A stretch of 64,000 nucleotides of DNA from Octopus sinensis (lineage: Eukaryota): the NCBI RefSeq assembly GCF_006345805.1, contig NC_043004.1:95542001-95606000 (forward strand), in the 5' to 3' direction. The position numbers and the translations under genes are program-made. Position 1 is the first letter of the stretch, and each line of letters begins with the position of its first letter. This document shows, piece after piece, positions 50,515 to 63,286 of this stretch. Under the pieces are notes generated by a model, which saw only the letters and a list, made by a program, of their open reading frames with translations, was not told the DNA's origin and made no database searches.

Positions 50515-50874
50515 ATTCTTTTATTCTTTAACTTGAATCACTCATTTGACTGTGGCCATGCTGGAGCACTGCCTTGAAGGGTTTTTTTTTTAGTCAAACA
50601 AACCAACCTCAGGATTTTTTTAAGCATAGTACTTACACTATCAAACTCTTTTACCAAACTGCTAGGCTATGGGGATGTAAACACCTTAACACCGGTTGTC
50701 AAGCAGTAACAAGAAGACAAACACAGACACAAAGACGCACTGGCATTAGGAAGGGCATCCAGCTGTAGAAACACTGCCAGATCAGATTGGAGCCTGGAGC
50801 AGATATCTGGTTTGCCAGTCCTCGGTCAAATCGTCCAACCCATGCCAGCATGGAAAGTGGACGTTAAAACGATG

Positions 50875-50937
<63 letters not shown>

Positions 50938-51088
50938 CAGGCTTTCAGTTTACATCTACCGTCCACTCGCAAGGCTTCAGTCAGCCCAAGGCTCTAGTAA
51001 AAGACACTAACCCAGGATGCCCCACAGTGTGACTTGATCTTGGAACCATGTGGCTGGTAAGCAAGCTTCTCACCACACAGCCACACCT
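50515..51088 (-). mobile_element. SINE A split in its microsatellite region by a plus-strand SINE C tail (50742-50875)
   Basis: A 3' part at 50515-50735, C tail, (TA)n, then A 5' part at 50935-51088. Confidence 0.8.
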
Positions 51089-51144
51089 AATATAAATATA
51101 CCTTTTATGTGATATATTTTAGTGCCTTGACATTATGTTATATA

Positions 51145-51319
51145 CCATATTTTAACATGTATAAGGTACCCTTTTTGTCAAAAATTAGGTTAAAAAATAT
51201 AGGAGTTTCTTAAACATGGATAGTATTATAATCCTTTACAAAACCCTGTTTCCAAATTTCAAGCCCCAAAATTAGGGGTTCCTTATATACGGGGGTTCCT
51301 TATGCATATTAAAATATGG
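51145..51319. mobile_element. TA-flanked Tc1/mariner/pogo-type MITE
   Basis: TIRs ccatattttaacatgtataagg / ccttatgcatattaaaatatgg (20/22 match); TA on both sides. Confidence 0.82.
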
Positions 51320-51561
51320 TACATTCTTTTTTGCAAAGGAATCTTCACTTCCTTATTAAATATATATCTTCTCTATGTTGGTACATCAAGTGTTAATATC
51401 TTCAGTTAAAATTATTAAAGATCCTTGGAACTACCTTTATTAGTTCTCAAGATTATTATGTTGTCACTTCTATATCTTTATTGCTTCCATTATTCTTCAG
51501 ATTGGTTAATTTTTTTTTCCCTTCTAAATATTAATATAATTTCTATTGATCGTGTTTAATT

Positions 51562-51631
51562 CTAGATTGTTCGTCCTCCTGTGGGCCATGTATGACATGT
51601 TTCAGTTTCATATCCTGGCCAGTTGTAATCC
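51562..51631 (-). CDS. Candidate terminal coding exon of an unidentified gene
   Basis: Acceptor ttcttctctttctccag; frame reads DYNWPGYETETCHTWPTGGRTI*; AATAAA at 51477-51482 downstream. No protein recognised. Confidence 0.3.
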
Positions 51632-51805
51632 CTGGAGAAAGAGAAGAACTAGACAAATATAAATGGTAAAGTTTTGGGACAGTCTTGAAGTATGTACTGG
51701 TATTAATTAGCTATCATTTGACAGTTCTTCCATCTTCCCTTGAATTCTAAGGAACGACTATATTACCCAAAAGAACATCTATTTATTCAGTATATTATTT
51801 GTGAA

Positions 51806-52130
51806 GATGCATGGCTTAGTGGTTAGGGCCTTTGGTACATGATCATAAAGTCAGGAGTTCGATTCCCAGTGGTGCAAGAAACTTTATTTCTTGAGCAAGA
51901 AACATTATTTCACATTGCTCCAGTCCACTCAGCTGTCAAAAATGAGTTGTACCATTATTTCAAAGGATAAGCCTTGTTATATTCCATGTCACGCTGAATC
52001 TCCTTGAGAACTACATTAAGAGTATGCATGTCTGTGGAGTACTCAGCCACATGCATGTTAATTTCATGAGCAGGCTGTTCAATTGACCAGATCAACCAGG
52101 ACCTCATCATTGTAATTGATGGTGTGCTAG
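51806..52130 (+). mobile_element. Diverged SINE with an E-like head and a D-like tail
   Basis: cttgagcaag...ttatttcacattgctccagtccactcagctg (E-like), then gtcacgctgaat.tcc..gagaactac.ttaag (D-like). Confidence 0.75.
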
Positions 52131-52424
52131 TTTTATATTACTAGTATGGATATCTGTCCAGGTGTAAACTTAAGTACATCTGTATGTGTTTGTTTATGTA
52201 TATGTGTATCTGTTGTATTTGTGTGTGTCATTTAGTATGTGAATAAGTCTATGTGTTGTGTGTGTTTGTATGTATATACATGTGTCAAACACATTCTCTT
52301 ATCAATAATTAAAATTTCATTTAAATTATAAATATCCAATATGAAAGTTGTGAATGTTTGAATCTTCAGAAACTATATCTATACTTTTAAAAAATTTTGA
52401 AATATGTAAATATATGTGATTGTT

Positions 52425-52488
<64 letters not shown>

Positions 52489-52504
52489 TGTGTATGTGTG
52501 TAAT

Positions 52505-52690
52505 CATTAACATAATCATTTAACATCTGCTTTCCATACTGGCATGGGCTGAATGGTTTGACCAGGGCAGACAAGCCAGAGGACCATGCCAAGCTCAACT
52601 GTCTGCTTAAGCATGCTTTCTATAGCTTGATGCCCTTCCTAATGTCAACCATTTTACAGAGTGTACTGGGTGCTTTTTTTATGTCGCTCC
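52505..52690 (-). mobile_element. SINE family C tail, diverged
   Basis: tttaacatctgctttccatactggcatggg...gatgcccttcctaatgtcaacc. Confidence 0.72.
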
Positions 52691-53146
52691 ATCAGTAATG
52701 AGGTCGCTATTATCATGCAAAGCAAGGCCCCTCATCTCAATGGGGAGTAGTACTGAGGGAGATGACTTTATTCCAGGTGATGGGAGGTTAGAGAATGGAA
52801 GAAGATAGAAACAACTGTTTTGCTCAAAAGCAGTTACATAGCTACAACTCTACTTTCCATGCTTGCAAGGGTCAAACAAGAACATGGTGGGCTAAAGTCG
52901 TTTATGGTAAATGCTCTTACCTGTTCCCAAGCAAGGTAATAACCCATCTGCCTATCAAACAACAAACACCCAGACATCGTAAGTGGAGAACTGGAAACAA
53001 GAAACAGTTTTCGAATGTGTCTTTGTTAACAAAAGATCAGGAAACAAATCTAAACACACCATGAAGTCTGGAACAGCTGTCACAATTGACAGCAAGTAAA
53101 CTACACGGCTTGTATGAACAATATTGAATACTATAATGTATACGTA

Positions 53147-53445
53147 GAGGCGCAATGGCCCAGTGGTTAGGGCAGCGGACTCGCAGTCGTAGGATCGCGG
53201 TTTCGATTCCCAGACCGGGCGTTGTGAGTGTTTATTGAGCGAAAACACCCAAAAGCTCCACGAGGCTCCGGCAGGGGGTGGTGATCCCTGCTGTACTCTT
53301 TCACCACTCTTTCTCTCTCTCGTTCTTCTGTTGGCCTGCTCGCTTAGCCAGCTGGGTGGCATCATTCGAAGGCTAAAACAATGCAAACGCATTGTGACCA
53401 GCGATGTGCAACTACATCTGATGGACTGGTCGGTCACGTGATGAT
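53147..53445 (+). mobile_element. SINE with a D head and a different 3' half
   Basis: The first 170 nt or so match 8897-9282; the 3' half is unrelated. Confidence 0.85.
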
Positions 53446-54334
53446 GGTGATGATAATGTATACAAACAACAAATAATACAACTACAGATATATATATATC
53501 AGATAATATACATCAGGAATTATCAGTTTTCTATAACAGAAGTATCCAATTGCTGTTCATGTAAAGAAAAATGATTCTGCCAGTTTCCACCTTATTCTGG
53601 TTTCAAAATTTAACACAAGGCCAGCAATTTTGTGGGTGTGGGATAAGTCAATTACATCGACTCCAGTGCTCAACTGGTACTATTCTATTGACCCCATAAG
53701 GATGAAAGGCAAAGTTGACTAATAATTTTGAACTAGTAATTTTGCCAGTGTGCTAATGATTCTGGCTTGTTGCCATATTCTGTACTAGTATTAAACACTC
53801 CTGGGGTAATGGTGATAATGATTACATTCCACTGTCTCACATAAACAATAAATGTTCCAATAGCTTAGAAGTTTGACATGATATTTGGAATCAAGTATCT
53901 TTCTTTAAAACAATTAACAGTTAGAACCAGGAAGGGCATATAAGCATAAAATATTGCTTCGAGAATTTTGTCTAACCCATGCAAGAACTGAAAAAAATGG
54001 ACATGGTGATGAATGATGATGATGATGATGATGATTGAGACTGTCTCAAGCTCCTGGCTTTATGAAGAGTATTAACAGTGTAAAGGGAAACAGCTCTAAA
54101 TAAGAAGTAAAACCAACTCACAGGCATTACTTCTTGAGAACAAAGATTTTGCTCTGTGTGTTTTCACAAGAACATTGATAAGCAGGACAATGATGATGAT
54201 GATTATGGTGGTGGTGGTGAGGATGATGACAACGATGATGGTATTGGTGGTGGTGTTGGTAGTGTGGTGGTGGTAGTTGTAGGTGATGGTTGGGAAGTAT
54301 GATGACAACGACGACAACGATGACAACAGCACAA

Positions 54335-55420
54335 ATATAATTTCTTGCAATAGAATGATTCCATTTCTAGATATAAATATTCAAATAGAAATTAACAGAC
54401 ACATCACATCCAGTTACACCTAAGGCATAAATAAATGTGTTGTGAATGTCCATTCAAATAGAAAATGCCTGTGGTAACATTCCCATTTAGTCAAGCATTT
54501 AGATTCTCTTCCACAAATGAAATGCTAAATAAAGAAACTACAGAATAAAAAAAAAAAGTACTAATCAACAATAGATACTCTAACAAACTAATAGACCAAG
54601 CTATAGAACAATACAAACACAAATACAACACAATAAATAACTCAGGCATCACACTATAAAAATCCACAATCCACACATAACTTTACATGAATCAAATGCA
54701 TTTTAATAATATAACAGCCAAATACATAATCAAAAATCCTCACTGAACAAAAATTCATCCCACTAAATGATAAAATTAACATTAACGCCATAACGCAAAC
54801 ATATTAAAATCATCATTTATATCAGAATAGTTGTTGATGTTATCAGGGTTGCTTATGTAGCTATTAATAATCCAGGCAACTGTATTAGCTATCACCATTG
54901 GAACATTAGTGCTATTACTAATAATAACAACTATGGATAATACAAGTAATTCTATTGGGTCTAACAATGATCATCATTCTCTGCGATCCTCGAATAATAC
55001 TAAATGTGCATAAATCTCCTAAATTGTGTAAGTGTAAAAACAAACTTCTATGTCCTCTCAATAATTCATGCCTCACTAAAAAATATTATCTCTAGATTTG
55101 ATGTAATAATTAACCTTACCACATTTACCAACATCGGTTCAACTTCTTGAAAATTTATGTAACAATGATTATATTAATCATTGTTATGCTTAATAAATGT
55201 AATAAAACCAAGGTTACATCACACAGGAAAAAATTTGGTAATTAAACGACAAAAAAAATATTCCAAATTATCTAGAGCATAATATGATATGATAGGCATA
55301 GGTGTAGGCTTTGCTGTCCTGGATTATGGGAAATACTTAAATGTTCAGGTATTATTTTTAATAAATATAGTTTATTTTGAGTGAAATGCTCGGACTACAT
55401 AAGGAAAACATTTTCATACT
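54335..55420 (+). mobile_element. Decayed Penelope-like element (RT C-terminus to GIY-YIG endonuclease)
   Basis: Colinear motifs MIPFLDINIQ, KCKNKLLCPLNNSCLTKNII, NIGST, KIW*LND and RCRLC. Confidence 0.72.
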
Positions 55421-55686
55421 TTAAACTGGTTATCTATGTTTCAAATGCCACTTATCTTTAACTTCTTAGTTTCTATTTACCAATACTTTGAAATGGAGTT
55501 AAGTATACTCGTCTCATTTAAATATTATCTAACATATCATTGGGTCATTGGTCTCCTGGTTATATTTCTTTGCACCCATATATTTGGTTGTTTAGTGTAA
55601 TATTTTCTAATCCTCTGTCCTTGCTTTATATATACATACATACATACATACATACATGTATATATATATATTATATATATATATAC

Positions 55687-55744
<58 letters not shown>

Positions 55745-56484
55745 CATAATTTTCCGTATTTTTGTATTCTTATTCGTTCCCGTCCTTGTTTTGTATACAT
55801 TCGAGGCTTTCTTCCAAGAAATCTAATGCGCTTGGCTTAGATTTTCCTTTGGGGCTGGCCAGGTCGGAGCAATCTCAAGATTAATCAGCCGAAATTGCAA
55901 AGATGATCCGGTTCTTGACTGAAGATTGAAGGCTTCGAATGTCCCGTCCGTTTTTTTTGTATCGTCTTCTAAATGTTTTGCGTTCTTGTCCCAGTTTGTG
56001 TTTTTTTACATATACCTATATATATACATATATATATATACACACATATTATCATTATATATTTTATCATTATATATTTTATGTGTGTGTTATGTGTGTG
56101 TGCGGGTGTAAGTATATATGTGTGTGTGTGTGCATATGTATGTGTGTATATATGTATGTTTATATACATATATATATAAGTAGTTGTGTGTATGTGGCGT
56201 CTGTGTGTGTTTGTGTGTACATATGTATTTTGAATATATCTATGTGTGTGTACATATATGTATGTATATATATTTGTATATATACATATGCAGGTATTAT
56301 GTGTAAGTATATATATGTCTGTGTGAGTGTCTGTTTGTGTATATATAGTATATGTATGTGTGTGTGTATGTGTATGTATGTATATATATATATTATTATT
56401 ATATGTAGAAAAATACAAACTGGGACAAGAACGTAAAACATTTAGAAGATGATACAAAAACCACGGACGGACATTCGAAGCCTT

Positions 56485-56490
<6 letters not shown>
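55745..56490 (+). mobile_element. (TA)n-anchored short element with an inverted partial duplicate
   Basis: About 55925-56010 is repeated inverted at about 56403-56488 across a TA/TG tract; homologous to 12344-12650. Confidence 0.7.
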
Positions 56491-56524
<34 letters not shown>

Positions 56525-56664
56525 ATGTATGTATATTCAATAACGAATAAATAGTAGTGCCAGTAAATCTAGTAGTAGGTAGGAGCAGTCCGTTGGTTAT
56601 GATGACGAGGGTCCTAGCTAATATGATCAACGGAACAGCTTGCTCATGAAATTAACATTCAATA

Positions 56665-57060
56665 GGCGCAGGAGTGGCTGTGTAGTAAGTAACTTGCTTA
56701 CCAACCACATGGTTCCGGGTTCAGTCCCACTGCATGACACCTTGGGCAAGTGTCTTCTGCTATAGCCTCAGGCCAACCAAAGCCTTGTGAGTGGATTTGG
56801 TAGACGGAAACTGAAAGAAACCCGTCATATATATATGTGTGTGTATATGTTTGTGTGTCTATGTTTGTCCCCCCAATATCGCTTGACAACTGATGTTGGT
56901 GTGTTTAAGTCCCCGTAACTTAGCATTTTGGCAAAAGAGACCGATAGAATAAGTACTAGGCTTACAAAGATTAAGTTCTAGGGTTAATTTGCTCAACTAA
57001 AGGCGGTGCTCCAGCATGGCCACAGTCAAATGACTAAAGCAAGTAAAGAGTAAAAGAGTA
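56665..57060 (+). mobile_element. SINE family A, preceded by a SINE D tail fragment (about 56575-56660, minus strand)
   Basis: Consensus match. Confidence 0.9.
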
Positions 57061-57570
57061 ACGAATTTAAAAGCAGCACTCTAGTTTTGTAAACATTATC
57101 GATTGCATGTTTATACACGTGGGTATATGTGTCTACCTTGGAGTGTGAGTGTGAATATGTGTGTACCTGTTGTACTTAAGTTGGATGAAATAAGACAAAA
57201 AGTTGATGACCATTTTACGGTTTTTGCTGCCCTGGGGTTTGTCAATTTTTATCTCACTTAACTGACAAAATATCTGCTTACTTTTGACGACCTTTAATGT
57301 CAACACAAGTCTACAGCTTTTCTATTATTTTTGTTCATTCTCAACGGCAATATTAGCTATAAACTTTTATTTTATATATTATATTTTTGCAAGGAAATTA
57401 TTTTGTATAACATAAAATAGTCGTTTGATCTCTTTTCTTTTCACATACCCATTCAAGCTACATATCCTAATTTTCTCATAAATTTAAATATTATTTTTAA
57501 AAGAACCAACGATGTTGGGTTCCTCAAGTTCAATGTTTGAAATGTCACCTGTTTGACATCTTAACTGTTT

Positions 57571-57670
57571 AAATTTTTGCCTGAAGATGGTGGATTATAA
57601 GTTATAATGTAATCTATGAATGTATCAATAAAATTCTACCGAAAAAAATCTGCTGTCGTAAATTTTAAAT
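57571..57670 (+). ncRNA. Hammerhead-like motif with a long stem II loop
   Basis: CTGAAGA T GGTGGA ...40 nt... TCTACC GAAA ... GTC; partial stem I; weak stem III. Confidence 0.35.
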
Positions 57671-58459
57671 GCTATTTATATCTACACCATAGCTGGAATC
57701 AGCCATAGAGATGGACCTGCAGTTTAAATTGAATTTGGTACTTATATAGCTACAGTACCCTACTAACACTTGACACCTTCATTGTTGCTTACCTCACTGT
57801 GAATTCTATGCTATTGCACCTAGCCATTTATGGCATCCTACCTATTGATATGCCTAGGTTCTAGTGAATTGTTATAACTAATTTCTGTATGTGTGTGTGT
57901 GTGTGAGCAGATGTGTGTATCTGTGTGGGCATGTGTGTATGCATATACATATATACATTTATATTATATATGAATATATATATAAATATAGAAACTTACT
58001 TGGAGAAAGGAAAGAAACGAAACAGGGGCAGCTGATGAAGGGGAATATTCCTTGTTTTGTTTGACTTGTACTCTGTTTTTTTTGTTGTTAAAAAAAGTCC
58101 GTTTCCTAGTTGATTTTATGTTTTCATTTCTCGTTGTGTTCTACGTTTATTTGTGGTGTCCTGTACTCACACATATATATATATATATATATATGCATGT
58201 ATATATACATGTAGATGTAGGTACGTACATATATGTATGTATGTATGCATATATTTTATTTATTAAATTATTATATATATATATATATATCCATATATAT
58301 ATGTATATGTATGTATGTATATGAATGCATAAAACATGCTATTACAGCTTCCCTATCACTCTATTGAAATCTGCGGACTCAAACAAGCAATGTGTGTGTA
58401 TGTGGGTATGAATGTGTGTATATATGAATACATGCATGTGTGTGTCAATATGTAGCTTG

Positions 58460-58630
58460 TTAGTTTTGAGCACTCAGATTGCAGAGGACTTGCAAGGTTG
58501 CTGCCATTCCAAGTCTTCTCCATCTGTCATGTCGGCATGCCTGAGCTCAGTTCTCTACTAACGATTTGCTTGTCCATTCCTTGATGTCATCCATCCATCT
58601 TATTCCTCCTTTTGCCTTCCCTTCTTTCAT
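58460..58630 (-). mobile_element. RTE-type LINE 3' fragment
   Basis: RWMDDIKEWTSKSLVE...DRWRRL-like C-terminus. Confidence 0.7.
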
Positions 58631-58806
58631 GTTCTTGTGTGCATTTGCATGTGAACATGGTGCATGCATGTATATATATATATATAGATGTGTGTGTACA
58701 TAAGCATCAATCTAGCTGTAATTATATATCTATCTACTTTAATACATGTGTGTGTACGTGTGTGTGTACGTCTGCGTATGTACGTCTGTGTGTGTGTGTA
58801 TGTGTG

Positions 58807-58843
<37 letters not shown>

Positions 58844-58848
<5 letters not shown>

Positions 58849-58977
58849 CATAAAGAAGTCTTGTATCTATCTGACTGTCACTCTTTTATGTAGGAACATG
58901 TAGAAACACTTTCTTTATTCAGTCTCAACAAATACATGTGGATCTATATTTGCACATATGTACACATGTGCATGTGC

Positions 58978-59032
<55 letters not shown>

Positions 59033-59156
59033 CATAAAGAAGTCTTCTATCTGACTGTCACTCTTTTATGTAGGAACATGTAGAAACACTTTCTTATTCA
59101 GTCTCAACAAATACATGTGGATCTATATTTGCACATATGTACACATGTGCATGTGC

Positions 59157-59220
<64 letters not shown>
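58844..59220. repeat. Tandem duplication (period 184 bp) bounded by (TG)n
   Basis: gaaagcataaagaagtc at 58844 and 59028. Confidence 0.92.
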
Positions 59221-59309
59221 ATCCCACTCAAATTGACTCTATATATGGAATAGAAAGAAATAAGTCATTTAGCATGTGAAATATAAAAATAAAATTATAT
59301 CCAGCAAAC

Positions 59310-59359
<50 letters not shown>

Positions 59360-60414
59360 TATATATCATAGGAAACAAAGTATGTACAATTTTCCTCTTT
59401 GCAGTCCTTTTCTTTCCTTTTTTACTTTTTTTTTTTTTTTTTTTTTTTGCTACCCTAATATCTCTTCAGTCTTTCATAAGTTCTTTTAAACCATTTTGAG
59501 TTTCTCAAACTAACAGCTTGCTGAAGCAATGTTTTATAGATCCTGTCAAGAACAATAAGGGAATTCTAAAAGACTTATTTACTAAGCAAGCCAACACATT
59601 CAATGCCTTATATTCAAGTCTGTAACATTCTTCATCCCACTTACATCTCAAGAAGAAAAAGAAAGAAGGAAGGAGAGCCAAGCCATTCAATGCACCAATA
59701 AAGCGGCGTCACATTCTAAATACCTGCAAACTTCTATTTTTACTGAAAATATCTTTATGAACAGCAAATCACTTTAAATGGGGAAAAAAATATAACATTT
59801 TTTAAAAATGTTTTATACTATTTTTACATTAAATGATAAATAGATAGATGTGTGTGTGTGTACATGTGTTTCTGCATGTATGCATGTGTCCATATGTATA
59901 CATGCTTATGTATAAGTTTGTAAGTGTGAATGTGTGTATGTGTGTGTGTGTGTGCGTTGATTTTTTTTGTGTGTGATTTTATTTCTTTTAAGTAAAACTG
60001 GTGGAAGTTTGGTCACCTGTTTTTAGTATACTGCGTAATACGCATTGGTAAAGAACAGACCTATCATTCTTTTCTTTATTTTGACTACCGTTTCCTTCTT
60101 TCTTTCTTTTTTTACTTGTTTTCTTTGCTTTTTTTTATACTTTATTTTGTTTTGTTTTATTTTATTTTCATTTTCATTTAAATAAGGATGTAAGCTTTCA
60201 ATAACAACTGCATGGTATGAAATAAATTTCATCTTGTACTGGATGTTTAAAGAAATATTTCATTGTATTGTATTGTAGTGACATGTATCTGTCATGGAAC
60301 AAGACAATGGTAGTGTCAAGTGGAATTTTTTTCCTCTATCTCTTGGCACAAAAGACACCTAGAGAGATAAACAGTGAGACTGAGAGAGGATAAATGGATA
60401 GAGATGGAGAGATG

Positions 60415-60429
60415 GAGATAGATAGACAC

Positions 60430-60492
<63 letters not shown>

Positions 60493-60493
60493 C

Positions 60494-60543
<50 letters not shown>

Positions 60544-60556
60544 ATAGATAGGTAGT

Positions 60557-60588
<32 letters not shown>

Positions 60589-60627
60589 CAAATAGATAGA
60601 TAGATAGATAGATAGATAGGTAGTTAG

Positions 60628-60692
<65 letters not shown>

Positions 60693-60850
60693 CAAATAGA
60701 TAGATAGATAGATACATACATACATACATACATACATACATACATACATACATACATACATGCATGCATGCATGCATGCATGCATACGTACATACATACA
60801 TACATACATGCATACATATATACATACATACTTACTAAAAACATACATAC
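60415..60850. repeat. (GATA)n to (CATA)n/(CATG)n compound array
   Basis: Seen directly. Confidence 0.97.
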
Positions 60851-61084
60851 ATAGGCAGATAAGTAGGTACTAACTTATTTAATGTAGTGAGCTAAAAAAA
60901 ATTGTGATTAATCAATGAAGATTACTGCTGTAAATAAAGAGGGAAAAAAATCATTTGAATTAAAAATAATGTCTGTCAAAGAAAGCAAAGACTATTCCAA
61001 AATGTGTGGTGGAAGAATATGCAATGGGAAGCAAGTTTGATCTTTAAACAGACAGATACATAGCAAGTGATACTTTGAGAAATG

Positions 61085-61480
61085 ATGACCAGGTGTAACT
61101 GTGTTTAGAAAGTTTGCTTCCTGACATATGGTTCCAAGTTCAATTCCACTGCATAGCACCTTTGGCAAGTGTCTTCTGTTATAGCTTCAGACTAACCAAA
61201 TCTTTGTGAGTGCATTTGGTAGATGGAAACTGAAAGGAGCCCATTGCATATGTATATATATGTATTATATATCTACATGAATCTTTGTGTTTGTATTTGT
61301 CACCCACCACAGCTTGACAATTGGCGTTGATTTGTTTACATCCCTGTAACTTAGCAGTTAGGCAAAAGTGACTGATAGAATAAATACTAGAGTTTGATTT
61401 ATTCCACTAAAATCCTTCGAGGTGGTGTCCCAGAATGGTTGCAGTCAAATGACTGAAACATGTAAAGGGTAAAAGATAAA
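61085..61480 (+). mobile_element. SINE family A, diverged
   Basis: Recognisable head, middle and tail. Confidence 0.8.
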
Positions 61481-61718
61481 GAAATGTTAGATGAGAGAGA
61501 TGACAGATAATCAGTTTTCTTTAAAAAAAAGCAAAGCACACAAGATTGTCCAGTTACATGGGTTGAATATGTTTGGAAATACAGAAATGAGAAGTCATCT
61601 TCATGTAAAGTTATTTCTGTTTTCTGTATGTCAAGTTTTGTAATTTCCTTATTTCATAAGCAGCGATATAGGAACAAGGATCAAATAGCCATAAACTGCA
61701 AAATTCTATCTTATCATA

Positions 61719-62511
61719 GGCACAGGAGTGGCTGTGTGGTAAGTAGCTTGCTTACGAACCACATGGTTCAAGGTTCAATCCTACTGTGTGGCACCTTGGG
61801 CAAGTGTCTTCTACTATAGCCTCAGGCCGACCAATGCCTTGTGAGTGGATTTGGTAGACAGAAACTGAAAGAAGCTTGTCGTATATCATCATCATCATCA
61901 TCGTTTAACGTCCGTTCTCCATGCTAGCATGGGTTGGACGGTTCGACCGGGGATCTGGGAAGCCAGAAGGCTGCACCAGGCTCCAGTCTTATCTGGCAAT
62001 GTTTCTACAGCTGGATGCCCTTCCTAACGCCAACCACTCCGTGAGTGTAGTGGGTGCTTTTTACGTGCCACCTGCACAGGTGCCAGGCGAGGCTGGCAAC
62101 GGCCACGATCGGCTTGGTGTATTTTATGTGCCACCGGCACGGAAGTCAGTCGAGGCGGCGCTGGCATCGGCCACGAGTCGGATAGTGCTTTTTACGTACC
62201 ACCAGACCAGGTATCCTGGCTGGTTCAATTCGATTTCGATTTCGCTTGCCCCAACATGTCTTCGCAAGCAAAGGGGGTTGGCATGGGTGCCATATATATA
62301 TTTCTTCACTATATAGAGGGGACAAATAAGGACAGACAAAGGGACTAAGTCGATTACATTGACCCCAGTGCAAAACTGGTATTTTATTTATCGACTCCGA
62401 AAGGATGAAAGGCAAAGTCGACCTTGGTGGAATTTGAACTCAGAACGTAACGACAGACAAAATACCGCTAAGCATTTCGCCTGGCATGCTAACGTTTCTG
62501 CCAGCTCGCCT

Positions 62512-62544
<33 letters not shown>

Positions 62545-62763
62545 ATATGTATGTGTGTCTGTGTTTGTCCTCCCCCCCAACATCGCTTGACAACCGATGC
62601 TGGTGTGTTTACGTCCCCGTCACTTAGCAGTTCGGCAAGAAAGACCGATAGAATAAGTACTAGGCTTCCAAAGAATAAGTCCTGGGGTCGATTTGCTCAA
62701 CTAAAGGCAGTGCTCCAGCATGGCCACAGTCAAATGACTGAAATAAATAAAAGAATAAAAGAA
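61719..62763 (+). mobile_element. SINE A carrying nested SINE C (61886-62292, minus) and SINE B (62305-62511, minus) in its (TA)n tract
   Basis: The A head ends gtcgtatat at about 61885 and the A tail resumes at about 62530. Confidence 0.88.
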
Positions 62764-62880
62764 TAGCGGAAGCACAACCAATAACAGAATGTATGAGAAG
62801 GGGTAACAACATCAAACACAATCCTGTAGCGATGGAGTCCATTGTGTGTCCCGATTTATTTTAATCACAATGTATATATA

Positions 62881-63286
62881 TACTCTTTTACTCTTTTACT
62901 TGTTTCAGTCATTTGACTGCAGCCATGCTGGAGCACCGCCTTTAATCAAACAACTCGACCCCGGGACTTATTCTTTTGTAAGCCCAGTACTTATTCTATC
63001 GGTCTCTTTTGCCGAACCGCTAAGTGGCGAGGACGTAAACACACCAGCATCGGTTGTCAAGCAATGCTAGGGGGACAAACACAGACACACAACCACACGC
63101 ACATATATATATATACATATATACGACAGGCTTCTTTCAGTTTCCGTCTACCAAACCCACTCACAAGGCATTGGTCGGCCCGGGGCTATAGCAGAAAACA
63201 CTTGCCCAAGATGCCACGCAGTGGGACTGAACCCGGAACCATGTGGTTGGTTAGCAAGCTACTTACCACACAGCCACTCCTGCGCC
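62881..63286 (-). mobile_element. SINE family A
   Basis: Near-consensus copy. Confidence 0.93.

Noticed and set aside
53147-53225. Functional tRNA gene
   Set aside because: A and B boxes are present, but the anticodon and acceptor stems pair poorly, there is no T-run terminator, and the sequence continues into a SINE body.
54780-55000. Possible mitochondrial insertion (hydrophobic AT-rich frames)
   Set aside because: No recognisable mitochondrial gene; it lies within the colinear Penelope-like fossil.
58028-58056. Hammerhead motif at CTGATGAAGGGG
   Set aside because: No GAAA follows the potential stem II.
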